From Terriglobia bacterium (GTDB lineage Bacteria > Acidobacteriota > Terriglobia > JAJPHL01 > JAPKYU01), in contig CBDBKE010000004.1 in NCBI GenBank assembly GCA_965206645.1, positions 96,001 through 160,000 on the forward strand: 64,000 nucleotides of DNA. The letters run 5' to 3'. Each line of letters opens with the position of its first letter. Position 1 is the first letter of the stretch. Both the position numbers and the translations under genes were made by a program. Below, piece after piece: positions 31,422 to 41,179 of this stretch. Below the pieces are notes generated by a model that saw only the letters and a program-made list of their open reading frames with translations, searched no databases and was not told the origin of the DNA.

Positions 31422-31480
31422 CGCCGCCGCCGGACCCTGGGCGGTAGGCAGTGGGCAAGGGGGCTCACCGCGGTGGGAAG

Positions 31481-31509
31481 TTGACAGCGCTGGGGTGCCA
31501 CCGCATAAT
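31481..31509 (+). promoter_or_regulatory. Putative sigma70 promoter
   Basis: TTGACA-17 bp-CATAAT, upstream of ATG 31522. Confidence 0.65.
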
Positions 31510-31521
31510 GGCGGGGAGCCT

Positions 31522-32597
31522 ATGGCAGAATCCGCCGATCTGGAAAAAGCGCTCAGCGTCGCGCTGGGAAACGTTGTTAGCAGCCGGGTGGCCAGCCTGC
31601 AGCAGGAGCTGCTGAGCGAGCTGGTGAAGTCCCTGGGAGGAGCCGTCGGCGGCGAGACGGCCACCAGCGGAGCCCTAAATTCGGCGTTTCAGCGCATCTC
31701 GGGCGCCCATTCGCAAACCGAAGTGTTGCAGAACCTGCTGGAGGGCACCACTCCGTTTTGCCACCGCGCCGCGCTGCTGGTGGTCAAGGGGGAGCGTTTG
31801 ACTGGCTGGCGCGGCCGGGGCTTCGAAGGCACGTCGGGGGACGGACTCCGAGAAATTGATCTGCCTCCCGAGGGCGAAACGAGCTGGAGACTGGTAGCGA
31901 CCGACCAGTCGGCCCGCCGGATACGATTGAAGCAATACCAGAGACTTTAGCGCGAGCCTTCTTCGACCTTCTGGGCACTCCCGGTGACAATCGGGCTTAC
32001 TTGCTGCCGGTGCAGGTCAAGCGGCGACCGGTGGCCGCCCTGTACGCCGACTCAGGCAAGGCCGGCCGGTCGCTGGACTTGATGGCTCTGGATCTGCTGG
32101 CGCGGATGACCGGGATGTGCCTGGAGCTTTCCGTGGCGCGTGGGCGACCCGCGCCGGCCGAGGCCCCCGCGGCAGCCGAAGCCATAGCCGAGGCGGAGCC
32201 CGCCCCGGCTCCTGCCATGGCCCAGCCCGTGGCTGCCCCAGCCCCGGAACCGGCGCCTATGGCACCGGCCGCCGCGGCACCAACTGCAGCTGGTCCTAAC
32301 TATGACAACATCCCAAAGGGCGAACACCCTATCCACAAGAAGGCATTTCGTTTCGCCAAGCTGTTGGTGGATGACCTGGTCCTGTACAACAAGGACAAGA
32401 TCGAGCAAGGGCGTTCGCAGCGCGACATCTACAGCGTCATCAAGGATGACATAGACAAGAGCCGTGCCGCCTACGAGAAGAAATACAGCAGCACCCCTGC
32501 CGGCAAGGTGGACTACTTCCACCAGGAGATGCTGCGGCGCATCGCAGGCGAAGACCCCGGTGTGCTGGGGGGTGAGTATCCCGGCCCTCTGGGTTGA
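31522..32597 (+). CDS. GAF-like domain protein with Ala/Pro linker and RomX-like C-terminal domain; apparent frameshift near 31915
   Basis: ORFs 31495-31950 and 32001-32597 join through PDTIEAIPETLARAFFDLLGTPGDNRAYLLPVQVKRRPVAALYAD. C-terminus reads KAFRFAKLLVDDLVLYNKDKI..DIDKSRAAY. Confidence 0.65.
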
Positions 32598-32622
32598 AGG
32601 CAGTGCACTTCCGCGGGCCTCG

Positions 32623-34974
32623 ATGAGTTGGTTTCAACGGTCATTTGCCCTCTTCCTCGGTTGCTTCCTCCTGCTGCTTGTAGGCCTCGGGTTGGTGCTG
32701 GAGCCGCCGCCAGCAGACGCGGCCCAGCGCGCGCGGCGTAAGGGATCAGCGAGCCCCGCGAAGAAGAAGACCCGGACGCGGCCCCAGTCCACACTTGCCG
32801 GCACCGGGATCCGGCCGCACGCCAACCCGCTGCTCGCCGACCCGGTGATGAGCCGGCTTCGGACAGTCAGCCAGGGTTTCCTGGATTCGTCCACCCCCGA
32901 TGCTCGGCGAGCGCTGCTGCGCTTCGCCTCCAAGCATGCCAACCACCCGGCCGGTGCCCTGGCCTACTTGGCGCTCGGCTACCGCGCCATTCAGGAAGGG
33001 GAACTTGAGGATGCCGTGCTCGTTCTGCGCGGCGGCCGGAACCTCGTCTCGCCGGTGCGAGACTATCTGGACTACTACCTGGGGCGCGCGCTGCTGCAGT
33101 TGGGGCGACATCAGGAAGCTCTCCAGGTGTGGAACCGCTTCCGGCAGCGACACCCGAATAGCTCGCTGCGGGCGCGGGCGGCGGCGGCACAAGCCGAAAC
33201 CCTAATCGAGGCCGCGCAGCCTGCCGCCGCGGTCCAGTTTCTCAAGGCGTCGGGGCCAGACCTGAATCGGCCGCAGGCGGACCTGCTGCTGGGCCGGGCG
33301 TATGCCGCGGCGGGCAACGGGCGCGCCGCCATCGAGGCGTACCGCCAGGCCTACTACCTTTATCCGGCCTCGCAGGAGGCCAAACAGGCCGAGCAGGAAA
33401 TCCAGCGGCTGCGACGGCAGGTCAAGGGTAAAATTCCTGCGGCACGGGTGGCCCTGCGCAAGCAACGGGCGCAGCGGCTGTTTGAGGCGCGGCAGTTCCG
33501 TGCAGCGCAAGAAGCCTACCGGCAGCTGGCCAACGTGGTCTCGGGGGCCGAACGCGAGTCCGCGCTGGTCCGGGCCGCGACTGCCGCCTTCCGAGGCCGA
33601 AGGACACGGACGGCTTGCGCCTCGCTCCCTCGGCTGCGACCGGCCAGCGCTTCGGTTGCCGCCGAACGCCTCTATTACCTCGGAGAGTGCCACCGCCGGC
33701 GGCGGCAGACGTCGGCTTTCCGCCAGACAGTGAGCCGCCTGGGCCGCGAGTTTCCTGATTCTCCCTGGCACGGGAAGGCGCTGTTTTCCGCAGGGAACTT
33801 CTATTTCCTGAGGCGCGACGAAGCCCTCTACGAGAGCTACTATCGAACACTCTACCAGAAGTTCTCATCCGGGAAGGATGCAGAGCGGGCGCACTGGCAG
33901 GTGGCCTGGAAGCACTACCGGTCCGGACGTTTTGAGTCGGCGCGGCGGCTGCTGGAGCAGCAGGTCCTGCGCTTCCCGAACAGCACGACGGTGGCGGCCG
34001 CGCTGTACTGGCTTGGACGCCTTGCCGAGAACCAGCAACCCGCGGTCGCCCTGGCCTACTTCCGCAAAGCCAGCGAGAATTTCCCGCAGTATTTTTACGG
34101 CACGATGGCGAGGCGGAGGCTAAGCGATAGGTCCGCCGCGGCTGGCTGGGGCGGCGGCTGGGTGGTACCGGCGAATGCCGTGCCCAGCAACGTAGCCGGA
34201 GTGCTGGCTGCGGTGCCCACCTACCGGCCAGACCCCATTGGAATAGGGTTGCCGGCGGAATTCCTGGCGCGCCGGCTTCGAGCCCAGGCGTTGGAGGCTG
34301 CTTGGCTGCTTGATCTGGCGGCCCTGGAGTTGCGATCCGAGGCGGACGATGCCACCGCGTCCCGGCACCTGCAGCTAGACCTGGCCCGCCTGGAACACAA
34401 CCGAGGCAGGTTCTTACACGCCATCCGGCATTTTCGCAAGGCATTCCCCAACTACCTCGCCTATGCCCCGGAAGAGCTGGGAAGGAAGGAGTGGGAGCTG
34501 GTTTTTCCGCTGCCCTGGTGGCCGCTGGTCGAGGCGGGGGCCGAACGGCGCGGTCTAGACCCATATCTGGTGGCGGCCCTCATCCGGCAGGAGTCGGCTT
34601 TCCAGCCGCGGGCCGTCTCGCGGGCCGGCGCCCGCGGCCTGATGCAACTGCTGCCTTCCACCGCCCGGCTCGTGGCCCGCAAGATGGGCAAGCCGCGGCC
34701 GAGCCGAACGCGGTTGTTCGATCCACAGACCAACGTCGAGCTGGGCATGCAGTATCTCTCCCAGGTGCTTCAGCGCTATGACGGGCGCCTGGAGGCGGCC
34801 CTGGCCAGCTACAATGCCGGCCCAGGCCGGGTGGACGCCTGGCTGGCCCGGGGGGGCTACCGCGATCCGGCCGAATTCATCGAGAGCATCCCCTTCACCG
34901 AAACACGCAACTACGTTAAGGCGGTCCTCCGCAACGTTGCCGTCTACCGCCGTCTCTATGCCCGCGGGCGATAG
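32623..34974 (+). CDS. Soluble lytic murein transglycosylase (Slt-like) with TPR-like N-terminal region
   Basis: LIRQESAF, GARGLMQL, ALASYNAGP, IPFTETRNYV; N-terminal signal from ATG 32623. Confidence 0.93.
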   Translation: MSWFQRSFALFLGCFLLLLVGLGLVLEPPPADAAQRARRKGSASPAKKKTRTRPQSTLAGTGIRPHANPLLADPVMSRLRTVSQGFLDSSTPDARRALLRFASKHANHPAGALAYLALGYRAIQEGELEDAVLVLRGGRNLVSPVRDYLDYYLGRALLQLGRHQEALQVWNRFRQRHPNSSLRARAAAAQAETLIEAAQPAAAVQFLKASGPDLNRPQADLLLGRAYAAAGNGRAAIEAYRQAYYLYPASQEAKQAEQEIQRLRRQVKGKIPAARVALRKQRAQRLFEARQFRAAQEAYRQLANVVSGAERESALVRAATAAFRGRRTRTACASLPRLRPASASVAAERLYYLGECHRRRRQTSAFRQTVSRLGREFPDSPWHGKALFSAGNFYFLRRDEALYESYYRTLYQKFSSGKDAERAHWQVAWKHYRSGRFESARRLLEQQVLRFPNSTTVAAALYWLGRLAENQQPAVALAYFRKASENFPQYFYGTMARRRLSDRSAAAGWGGGWVVPANAVPSNVAGVLAAVPTYRPDPIGIGLPAEFLARRLRAQALEAAWLLDLAALELRSEADDATASRHLQLDLARLEHNRGRFLHAIRHFRKAFPNYLAYAPEELGRKEWELVFPLPWWPLVEAGAERRGLDPYLVAALIRQESAFQPRAVSRAGARGLMQLLPSTARLVARKMGKPRPSRTRLFDPQTNVELGMQYLSQVLQRYDGRLEAALASYNAGPGRVDAWLARGGYRDPAEFIESIPFTETRNYVKAVLRNVAVYRRLYARGR

Positions 34975-35057
34975 ATCGCTCCGCGCCCACTAGCGGCAGG
35001 CTCCCGCCTGCTAGAAGAGACTTCATTCGTTCTCACATGTTGTCTAACCTAGGACCG

Positions 35058-36266
35058 ATGCAGCAGGGATTGGAACGCGCGGTGATCTCCCACAAGGCGA
35101 GTCAGTTCACCGAGTCGGTCATCCGCGAGATGACGCGGCTGGCAATGCGTTACGGCGCGGTCAACATGGCCCAGGGGTTCCCCGACTTTCCCGCCCCGCG
35201 CGAGCTCAAGGAAGCGGCCAAGCGTGCCATTGACGCTGACATCAATCAGTACGCGATCACTTGGGGCGCGCGCTCGATGCGCGAGGCGGTGGCGGCCAAG
35301 GCACAGCGCTTCCTTGGCAGGGGGGGCGGCAAGGGGGGCCTTGAGAACGGCCTGAAGGTGGATCCGGAAACGGAGGTCACCATCACCTGCGGCTGCACGG
35401 AGGCCATGATCGCCTCGCTGCTGGCGATCGTGGATCCAGGCGAGGAGGTAGTGATCTTTGAGCCCTTCTACGAGAACTACGGCCCGGACGCCATCCTGTC
35501 AGGCGCCGTGCCGCGCTTTGTGAATCTGCGCCCGCCCGACTGGACCTTCGACGAGGGGGAGTTGCGCACCGCCTTCAGCAACCGCACCCGGGCCATCATC
35601 CTGAACACCCCTAACAACCCCACCGGCAAGGTATTCCCCAGGGAAGAGCTGGAGGTGATTGCGCGGTTGTGCTGCGAGTGGAATGTGGTGGCCCTCACGG
35701 ACGAGATCTACGAGCACATCGTCTACGGCCCCCGCCCCCACCTATCCATGGCTACCCTGGACGGCATGCGCGAGCGCACGGTCATCATCAGCGGCATTGG
35801 CAAGACCTACAGTGTCACCGGCTGGCGAGTGGGCTGGGCCATTGCCGCCCCGGCGCTCACCGCTGGCATCCGCAAGGTGCACGACTTCCTCACGGTGGGC
35901 GCCGCCGCGCCCTTGCAGGAGGCCGGCGCCGTGGCCTGTGCCTTACCCGACGAATATTACCAGCGCCTGGCCGCAGACTACCGCGCTCGCCGCGACCTGC
36001 TGCTGCCGCATCTCGAAGCCGCCGGCTTCCTCTGCTACCCGCCCGAGGGCGCCTACTACGTCATGACCGACATCGGCCGCTTCGGCTTCGCAAGTGACGT
36101 GGAATTTACTGACTACCTGGTGCGCGAAATCGGCATCGCGGTCGTGCCGGGCTCCAGCTTCTATCGCGACCCGGCCGCCGGCCGCCAGCAGGTGCGCTTC
36201 GCCTTCTGCAAGCGAAATGAAACCCTGGAGGAAGCCGGCCGCCGCTTGCAGCGCCTTCGCCCCTAA
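35058..36266 (+). CDS. PLP-dependent aminotransferase class I/II
   Basis: NMAQGFPD, NTPNNPTGKV, DEIYEH, GKTYSVTGWRVGW. Confidence 0.93.
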   Translation: MQQGLERAVISHKASQFTESVIREMTRLAMRYGAVNMAQGFPDFPAPRELKEAAKRAIDADINQYAITWGARSMREAVAAKAQRFLGRGGGKGGLENGLKVDPETEVTITCGCTEAMIASLLAIVDPGEEVVIFEPFYENYGPDAILSGAVPRFVNLRPPDWTFDEGELRTAFSNRTRAIILNTPNNPTGKVFPREELEVIARLCCEWNVVALTDEIYEHIVYGPRPHLSMATLDGMRERTVIISGIGKTYSVTGWRVGWAIAAPALTAGIRKVHDFLTVGAAAPLQEAGAVACALPDEYYQRLAADYRARRDLLLPHLEAAGFLCYPPEGAYYVMTDIGRFGFASDVEFTDYLVREIGIAVVPGSSFYRDPAAGRQQVRFAFCKRNETLEEAGRRLQRLRP

Positions 36267-36400
36267 CAGGGTACTGAAAAACTGATTTTGTGGACCGCTT
36301 GCTTAGGCGCGCGGCTCGGTAACCGCGGGGGAATCAATCGGGCTGATTCAGAGCCGCGACCATTAGCGAGCGGTTTCCCGGGTTTTCAGCACTCCGCTAG
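36263..36400. repeat. REP doublet inside IS-like inverted ends (MITE-like)
   Basis: CTAACAGGGTACTGAAAAAC ... GTTTTCAGCACTCCGCTAG enclosing an inverted, diverged REP pair; overlaps the stop codon of the aminotransferase. Confidence 0.8.
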
Positions 36401-36443
36401 GCGCTGTTGTCTAGGGGAGGGATCGAACCGTCGCCTAGCGAGC

Positions 36444-36749
36444 TTACTTCCAGCGGCGTTTGATGTCGGCAGAGAAAGCTTCATACTCGCGCACCGGCAC
36501 GATCTCCTCAATCTCCAGGTAGTGCGCCATGGGGAGCTTGGCCATCAGAATCTGGTCTAGTTCATCATGCGACTCCACGTTCACGATGGCCAGTATGCGC
36601 CGTTGCCCAGACACCTTGTAGAGCGCAACGATCTTGCCGGCGGCTTTGGCCTTCAGGCTCGCTACATTCTCCTCTTCCCAGATGTCCCACAACTGATCTA
36701 GCGACAGCTCTTTTGGCTCAACGCGTACTTTGACGAAGAACAGCATCAA
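36444..36749 (-). CDS. Muconolactone delta-isomerase family protein
   Basis: About 100 aa with MLFFVKV, GKIVALYKVSG, VESHDELDQILMAKLPM pattern. Confidence 0.7.
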   Translation of the reverse strand: MMLFFVKVRVEPKELSLDQLWDIWEEENVASLKAKAAGKIVALYKVSGQRRILAIVNVESHDELDQILMAKLPMAHYLEIEEIVPVREYEAFSADIKRRWK

Positions 36750-36773
36750 TCATCTCCTCATGAGGTTTTAGGG

Positions 36774-37421
36774 CTAGCAACACTTGGATCCCGAAAGCAA
36801 GGAGCCGCCCACCAGTCGGCGATAGCTGTCCGGGGTGTCAATGTTGGCGAGGATGCCGGCGTCATGGACCGGCAACTCGCGCGCAGCGTGGCGCCGCACC
36901 ACCGCGCGCGCGCCTTCCTCCAGCGACGCGGCCAGCAGTTCGGCAAACAATCGAGCCGAGAAGATTACCGGATGACCGCGGCGGCCGTCAAAGATGGGGA
37001 CCAGCACCTCGGGTTGCTCGGCGGCAAAGGTCTCGAGCAGCGCCGCTACCACCTCGGGCTCCACCGCGGGATGGTCCACCGGGGCGACCAGCAACCCCGA
37101 GAAGGCGCTGGCCTCGAGCGCCCGAATGGCGGACTGCAGCGAGGAGAGCTGGCCCAGCCGGTAGTTCGGGTTGAGCAGCACACGCACCTGGGGCGGCAAA
37201 TGCAGGGCCGCGCGGATTCGGTCTACATCGTGACCCAGCACCACCAGCAGAGGCTCCACTCGGCCCTGCAGCAGGTTCACCAGGTGTTCCAGGAACGTTG
37301 TGCCGCGATACGGCAGCAGCGCCTTGGGGGAGCCCATGCGAGAGGACTCGCCGGCAGAAAGGATCACGCCGGCGAGTGGCCGCTTCGGTTCGGTGGAGGC
37401 TGAACCCGGCTGGGACGCCAT
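36774..37421 (-). CDS. MocA-like nucleotidyltransferase (molybdenum cofactor cytidylyltransferase family)
   Basis: ILSAGESSRMGSPKALL, VDHP, GRRGHPV, NIDTP; adjacent to xdhC. Confidence 0.88.
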   Translation of the reverse strand: MASQPGSASTEPKRPLAGVILSAGESSRMGSPKALLPYRGTTFLEHLVNLLQGRVEPLLVVLGHDVDRIRAALHLPPQVRVLLNPNYRLGQLSSLQSAIRALEASAFSGLLVAPVDHPAVEPEVVAALLETFAAEQPEVLVPIFDGRRGHPVIFSARLFAELLAASLEEGARAVVRRHAARELPVHDAGILANIDTPDSYRRLVGGSLLSGSKCC

Positions 37422-37436
37422 GGCAGGGCGGTCCGC

Positions 37437-38249
37437 CTAACTGGCGGCGAAGATGGACTTGGTGACCGGCTGGGAAATCTGAGCGCCCCGGCGCGCGGCG
37501 ATCATCTCGGCGACCACGCTGACGGCGATCTCTTCGGGAGAAATGGCGCCGATCTCCAGGCCCATGGGCGAGTGGAGACGCTCCAGTTGCTGGCGCGGCA
37601 GACCTTCCTTCTCCAGCGTCTTCAGCACCTCGATGGCCTTGCGCTTGCTGCCGATCATGCCGATGTAGCGCGCCGGCGTGCTCACTGCCCAGCGCAACAC
37701 ACGCATGTCGTCCTTGTGCCCGCGGGTGACGATGACCAGGTGCGAGGAATCGTTGACTGGCAGCTTGGGGAACACGTCCTCAAACTCCGCGGCATGGATT
37801 TCGTCAGCCTCGGGGAAACGCTCGCGGTTCGCGAACTGCTCGCGGTTGTCCACCACCACGGTGCAGAAGCCGGCCAGCGAGGCTATCTTGGAGAGGCTCA
37901 GCGAAACGTGGCCGGCGCCGAAGATGTAGGCCGTCTGGACCGGCAGGATGGCCTCGATGAAGACGTCCAGTTGACCGCCGCAGATCAGGCCGTTGTCGTA
38001 GAGGGCCTCGCCTGCCAGGTTGAAGGACATCTTGCGCGGCTTCTCGGTTTCGATCACCTCGCGCGCCGCGTTCCAGACCTCAGCTTCCACGCAGCCGCCG
38101 CCGACCGTGCCCAGCATGCTGCCGTCCTCGCGCACCAGCAGCTTGGCGCTCTCGTGGCTGGGGATGGAGCCGCGGACGGCGACGATCGTGGCCAGGGCTG
38201 CCTTCTGCCCGACCCGCCGCAGACGTACGAGTTCTTCCAGCAGGTCCAT
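37437..38249 (-). CDS. XdhC/CoxF family molybdo-hydroxylase accessory protein
   Basis: GTVGGGCVE, GLICGG, FGAGHVS, YIGMIGSKRK, SPEEIAVS. Confidence 0.92.
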   Translation of the reverse strand: MDLLEELVRLRRVGQKAALATIVAVRGSIPSHESAKLLVREDGSMLGTVGGGCVEAEVWNAAREVIETEKPRKMSFNLAGEALYDNGLICGGQLDVFIEAILPVQTAYIFGAGHVSLSLSKIASLAGFCTVVVDNREQFANRERFPEADEIHAAEFEDVFPKLPVNDSSHLVIVTRGHKDDMRVLRWAVSTPARYIGMIGSKRKAIEVLKTLEKEGLPRQQLERLHSPMGLEIGAISPEEIAVSVVAEMIAARRGAQISQPVTKSIFAAS

Positions 38250-38361
38250 CGGGAGTTATGTTAACACGATTGAAACCCTGGTAAGAGACCGATCATTTTC
38301 TAAGGGAATAATGTGATATTCATCACTCATATCCAACAACGGCGCGCAGGACACCGGTAGA

Positions 38362-39054
38362 ATGTTTCGAGTCTTAATCATTGACAACGACGTCCCGGTG
38401 CTAAATTTGATCAGCGAAGTTCTCACTTCACTGGAAGTGGAGACCCGGCCTGTCAGCGACACTCGGCAGGCGTCCGTCTTGGTCCAACGGGAGAAGTTTG
38501 ACAGCATTTTTCTCGAGATGTTGATGCCCGAGGTCGATGGCCTAGCGCTGACCCGCCAGATCCGCCAATCTTCCTGGAACCGACTCACCCCCGTGGTCAT
38601 CATCACCAGATCAACAGAGCAACAATCGATGAAATTGGCGTTTGAGGCCGGGGCAACCTTTTTTTTCGCCAAGCCTGTCGATAAGCAAAAGCTGACCCAG
38701 CTATTCAACTCCGTTCAAGGGGCCATGCTGGGTGAGCGCCGCCGGGTGCAGCGCGTGCCCCTGGAAACAGAAGTGGATTGCCTATTGGGCCCGCGCAAGA
38801 TCACAGGCAGAACCCTTAACATCAGCCAGGACGGAATTCTTTTCGAAGCCGAGGGTGCGCCCCCGCCCGGTAGCGAGATTCGGTTGTTGTTCCGCCTGCC
38901 TAACCTCCCGCAGACGATTGCACCGATTGAAGCCGAGGGAGTCGTGATCCGATTGGGCAGCCAACACCGTGTTGGGGTCCGCTTCACTCGCTTGAGCCCG
39001 GAAGACCGCCAGCGTATCGGAAGCTTCGTCCTGCGCCAGTCTGACAAGGCTTGA
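38362..39054 (+). CDS. Atypical receiver domain - PilZ domain protein
   Basis: REC fold (VLIIDND, FLEMLMPEVDG, FFAKP) plus PilZ motifs RRVQR and NISQDG. Confidence 0.88.
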   Translation: MFRVLIIDNDVPVLNLISEVLTSLEVETRPVSDTRQASVLVQREKFDSIFLEMLMPEVDGLALTRQIRQSSWNRLTPVVIITRSTEQQSMKLAFEAGATFFFAKPVDKQKLTQLFNSVQGAMLGERRRVQRVPLETEVDCLLGPRKITGRTLNISQDGILFEAEGAPPPGSEIRLLFRLPNLPQTIAPIEAEGVVIRLGSQHRVGVRFTRLSPEDRQRIGSFVLRQSDKA

Positions 39055-39133
39055 ATTGTCTCTGGATGCCTTGGACCGCCCTGGACGCTATCACCCGCCC
39101 GCTATGGCAGATTGAAGCTCTGCCGGGGAAACG

Positions 39134-40162
39134 ATGAAGGCTGTACGATTTCACGAGCATGGCGGGCCGGAGGTGCTGCGCTACGAAGATGCGCCGGAGC
39201 CGGCCGCGCCGCCCGGCGAGGTGCTGGTGCGCGTGCGCGCTTGCGCCATGAACCACCTCGATCTGTGGCTGCGCCGCGGACTGCCCGGCCGCCCGATGTC
39301 GCTGCCGCGCATTGTGGGTAGCGACATCGCCGGGGAAGTCGTCCGGGTGGGTGAAGGCGTCAGCAAGGTCGCTCCCGGCGATCGCGTCCTGATTGCCCCT
39401 GGCCATAGTTGCGGCCTTTGCCAGGCTTGTCTGCAAGGCCGCGACAATCTCTGCCGCCAGTACTCGATCTTCGGCATTGTGCGCGATGGTGGCTACGCCG
39501 AGCTGGTCACGGCCCCGGAGGTGAACGCCATCCCGATCCCGGACGATTTCTCGTTTGACGAGGCCTCCGCCGTGCCGCTCGTGTTTCTCACTGCTTGGCA
39601 CATGCTGCTCGCCCGCGCGCAGCTGCGCGCGGGCGAGGAGGTGCTGGTGCTGGGCGCGGGAAGCGGTGTGGGCAGCGCTGCTGTGCAGATCGCCATGCTG
39701 TTCCAGGCCCGCGTGATCGCCACCGCCGGCACCGAGGCGAAGCTCGCCAAGGCCCGCGAACTCGGCGCCAACGAGGTGATCAATCACGGCACGCAGGATT
39801 TTTACCAGGAAGTGAAACGGCTCACCCAGAAGCGGGGTGTGGACGTGGTCTTCGAGCACGTGGGCGCCGCCACTTGGGAGAAGAGCATGATGTGCCTGGC
39901 GCCCGGCGGGCGGCTGGTCACCTGCGGCGCCACCACCGGCGCCGACGTGCGCGTCGATCTTCGCTACCTGTTTGCTCGCCAGCTCTCCTTATTAGGTTCT
40001 TTCATGGGCAGCAAGGCGGAGTTGCTGGAAGTGCTGCCGTTCCTGTTCCGGCGCCAGCTCAAGCCAGTGATTGACTGCCGCTTTCCGCTGGCCGAAGCCC
40101 AGGCAGCTCACCGGCGCATGGAGCAGCGCGAGCTGTTCGGCAAAATTCTGCTACACCCCTAA
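39134..40162 (+). CDS. Zinc-binding medium-chain dehydrogenase/reductase
   Basis: HGGPEVL, CGLCQAC..C structural zinc site, GAGSGVG. Confidence 0.92.
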   Translation: MKAVRFHEHGGPEVLRYEDAPEPAAPPGEVLVRVRACAMNHLDLWLRRGLPGRPMSLPRIVGSDIAGEVVRVGEGVSKVAPGDRVLIAPGHSCGLCQACLQGRDNLCRQYSIFGIVRDGGYAELVTAPEVNAIPIPDDFSFDEASAVPLVFLTAWHMLLARAQLRAGEEVLVLGAGSGVGSAAVQIAMLFQARVIATAGTEAKLAKARELGANEVINHGTQDFYQEVKRLTQKRGVDVVFEHVGAATWEKSMMCLAPGGRLVTCGATTGADVRVDLRYLFARQLSLLGSFMGSKAELLEVLPFLFRRQLKPVIDCRFPLAEAQAAHRRMEQRELFGKILLHP

Positions 40163-40186
40163 GCTGTTTCCCGATAGAATCATAAC

Positions 40187-40690
40187 GTGGGCACACTGCA
40201 AAGCGGCGATCAGGGCTGGGAAGGCGTCCTCACCACCACAATGGACAAGGTGGTCAACTGGGGGCGCAAGTCTTCGATCTGGCCGATGACTTTCGGCCTG
40301 GCCTGTTGCGCCATCGAGATGATGTCGATGAGCGCCGCCCGCTTTGATATCGCCCGCTTCGGCGCCGAGGTGTTCCGTGCCTCGCCCCGCCAGGCCGACC
40401 TGATGATTATCGCCGGCCGCGTCTCGCAAAAGATGGCGCCCGTCATCCGCCACCTTTACGAGCAGATGCCTGAGCCCAAGTGGGTGATCTCGATGGGGGC
40501 CTGCGCCACCTCCGGCGGCGTGTTCAACAACTACGCTCTGGTGCAGGGAGTCAACCAGGTCATCCCGGTGGACGTCTACGTGCCCGGCTGCCCGCCCCGG
40601 CCCGAGCAGTTGATCTACGCCATCACGCTGCTGCAAAAAAAGATCGAAGCCGAGCGCGGCTCCTTCAAAAAAGCGTTGAATCTGGCCTGA
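40187..40690 (+). CDS. nuoB: NADH-quinone oxidoreductase subunit B
   Basis: [32 protein letters not shown]. Confidence 0.95.
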   Translation: MGTLQSGDQGWEGVLTTTMDKVVNWGRKSSIWPMTFGLACCAIEMMSMSAARFDIARFGAEVFRASPRQADLMIIAGRVSQKMAPVIRHLYEQMPEPKWVISMGACATSGGVFNNYALVQGVNQVIPVDVYVPGCPPRPEQLIYAITLLQKKIEAERGSFKKALNLA

Positions 40691-40693
40691 ACG

Positions 40694-41164
40694 ATGAGCG
40701 CCAGCGACCCCGATGCCGCCGGGGTGATCGCTCTCCCTCCTGTCATTTACGTCGCGTTCCTGGGGATCGAGGTCGCGCTCGATCTCCTGTTTCCCCTCCC
40801 GCTGTTGCCAGACAGTGTTCAGTACAGGGCCGGTTTTGTGGTAATTGCCGGCAGCGGCTGCATCATGCCTTTTGTCCTTCTCCAATTCCACAGGGCGGGG
40901 ACGAATTTCGATCCGCGCAAGGCGACTACCGCGTTAATCAGCGGCGGTCCCTATCGGTTCTCGCGCAACCCGTCCTACGTCTCGTTGAGTCTTTTGTACG
41001 TGGGCGTCGGTATCGCGGCCGACAGCATCTGGATCCTGGGGTTGCTCGCCCCGACTCTGACCGTCATGCACTACGGGGTGATCTTGCGCGAGGAGCGTTA
41101 CCTGGAAAACAAGTTCGGCGAGGAATACCTGCGCTACAAGCGCGCAGTCCGCCGCTGGATCTAG
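40694..41164 (+). CDS. Isoprenylcysteine carboxyl methyltransferase (ICMT/PEMT) family protein
   Basis: GPYRFSRNP.Y, REERYL, FGEEYLRYK. Confidence 0.9.
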   Translation: MSASDPDAAGVIALPPVIYVAFLGIEVALDLLFPLPLLPDSVQYRAGFVVIAGSGCIMPFVLLQFHRAGTNFDPRKATTALISGGPYRFSRNPSYVSLSLLYVGVGIAADSIWILGLLAPTLTVMHYGVILREERYLENKFGEEYLRYKRAVRRWI

Positions 41165-41179
41165 GAATTGTTGGGTGAT

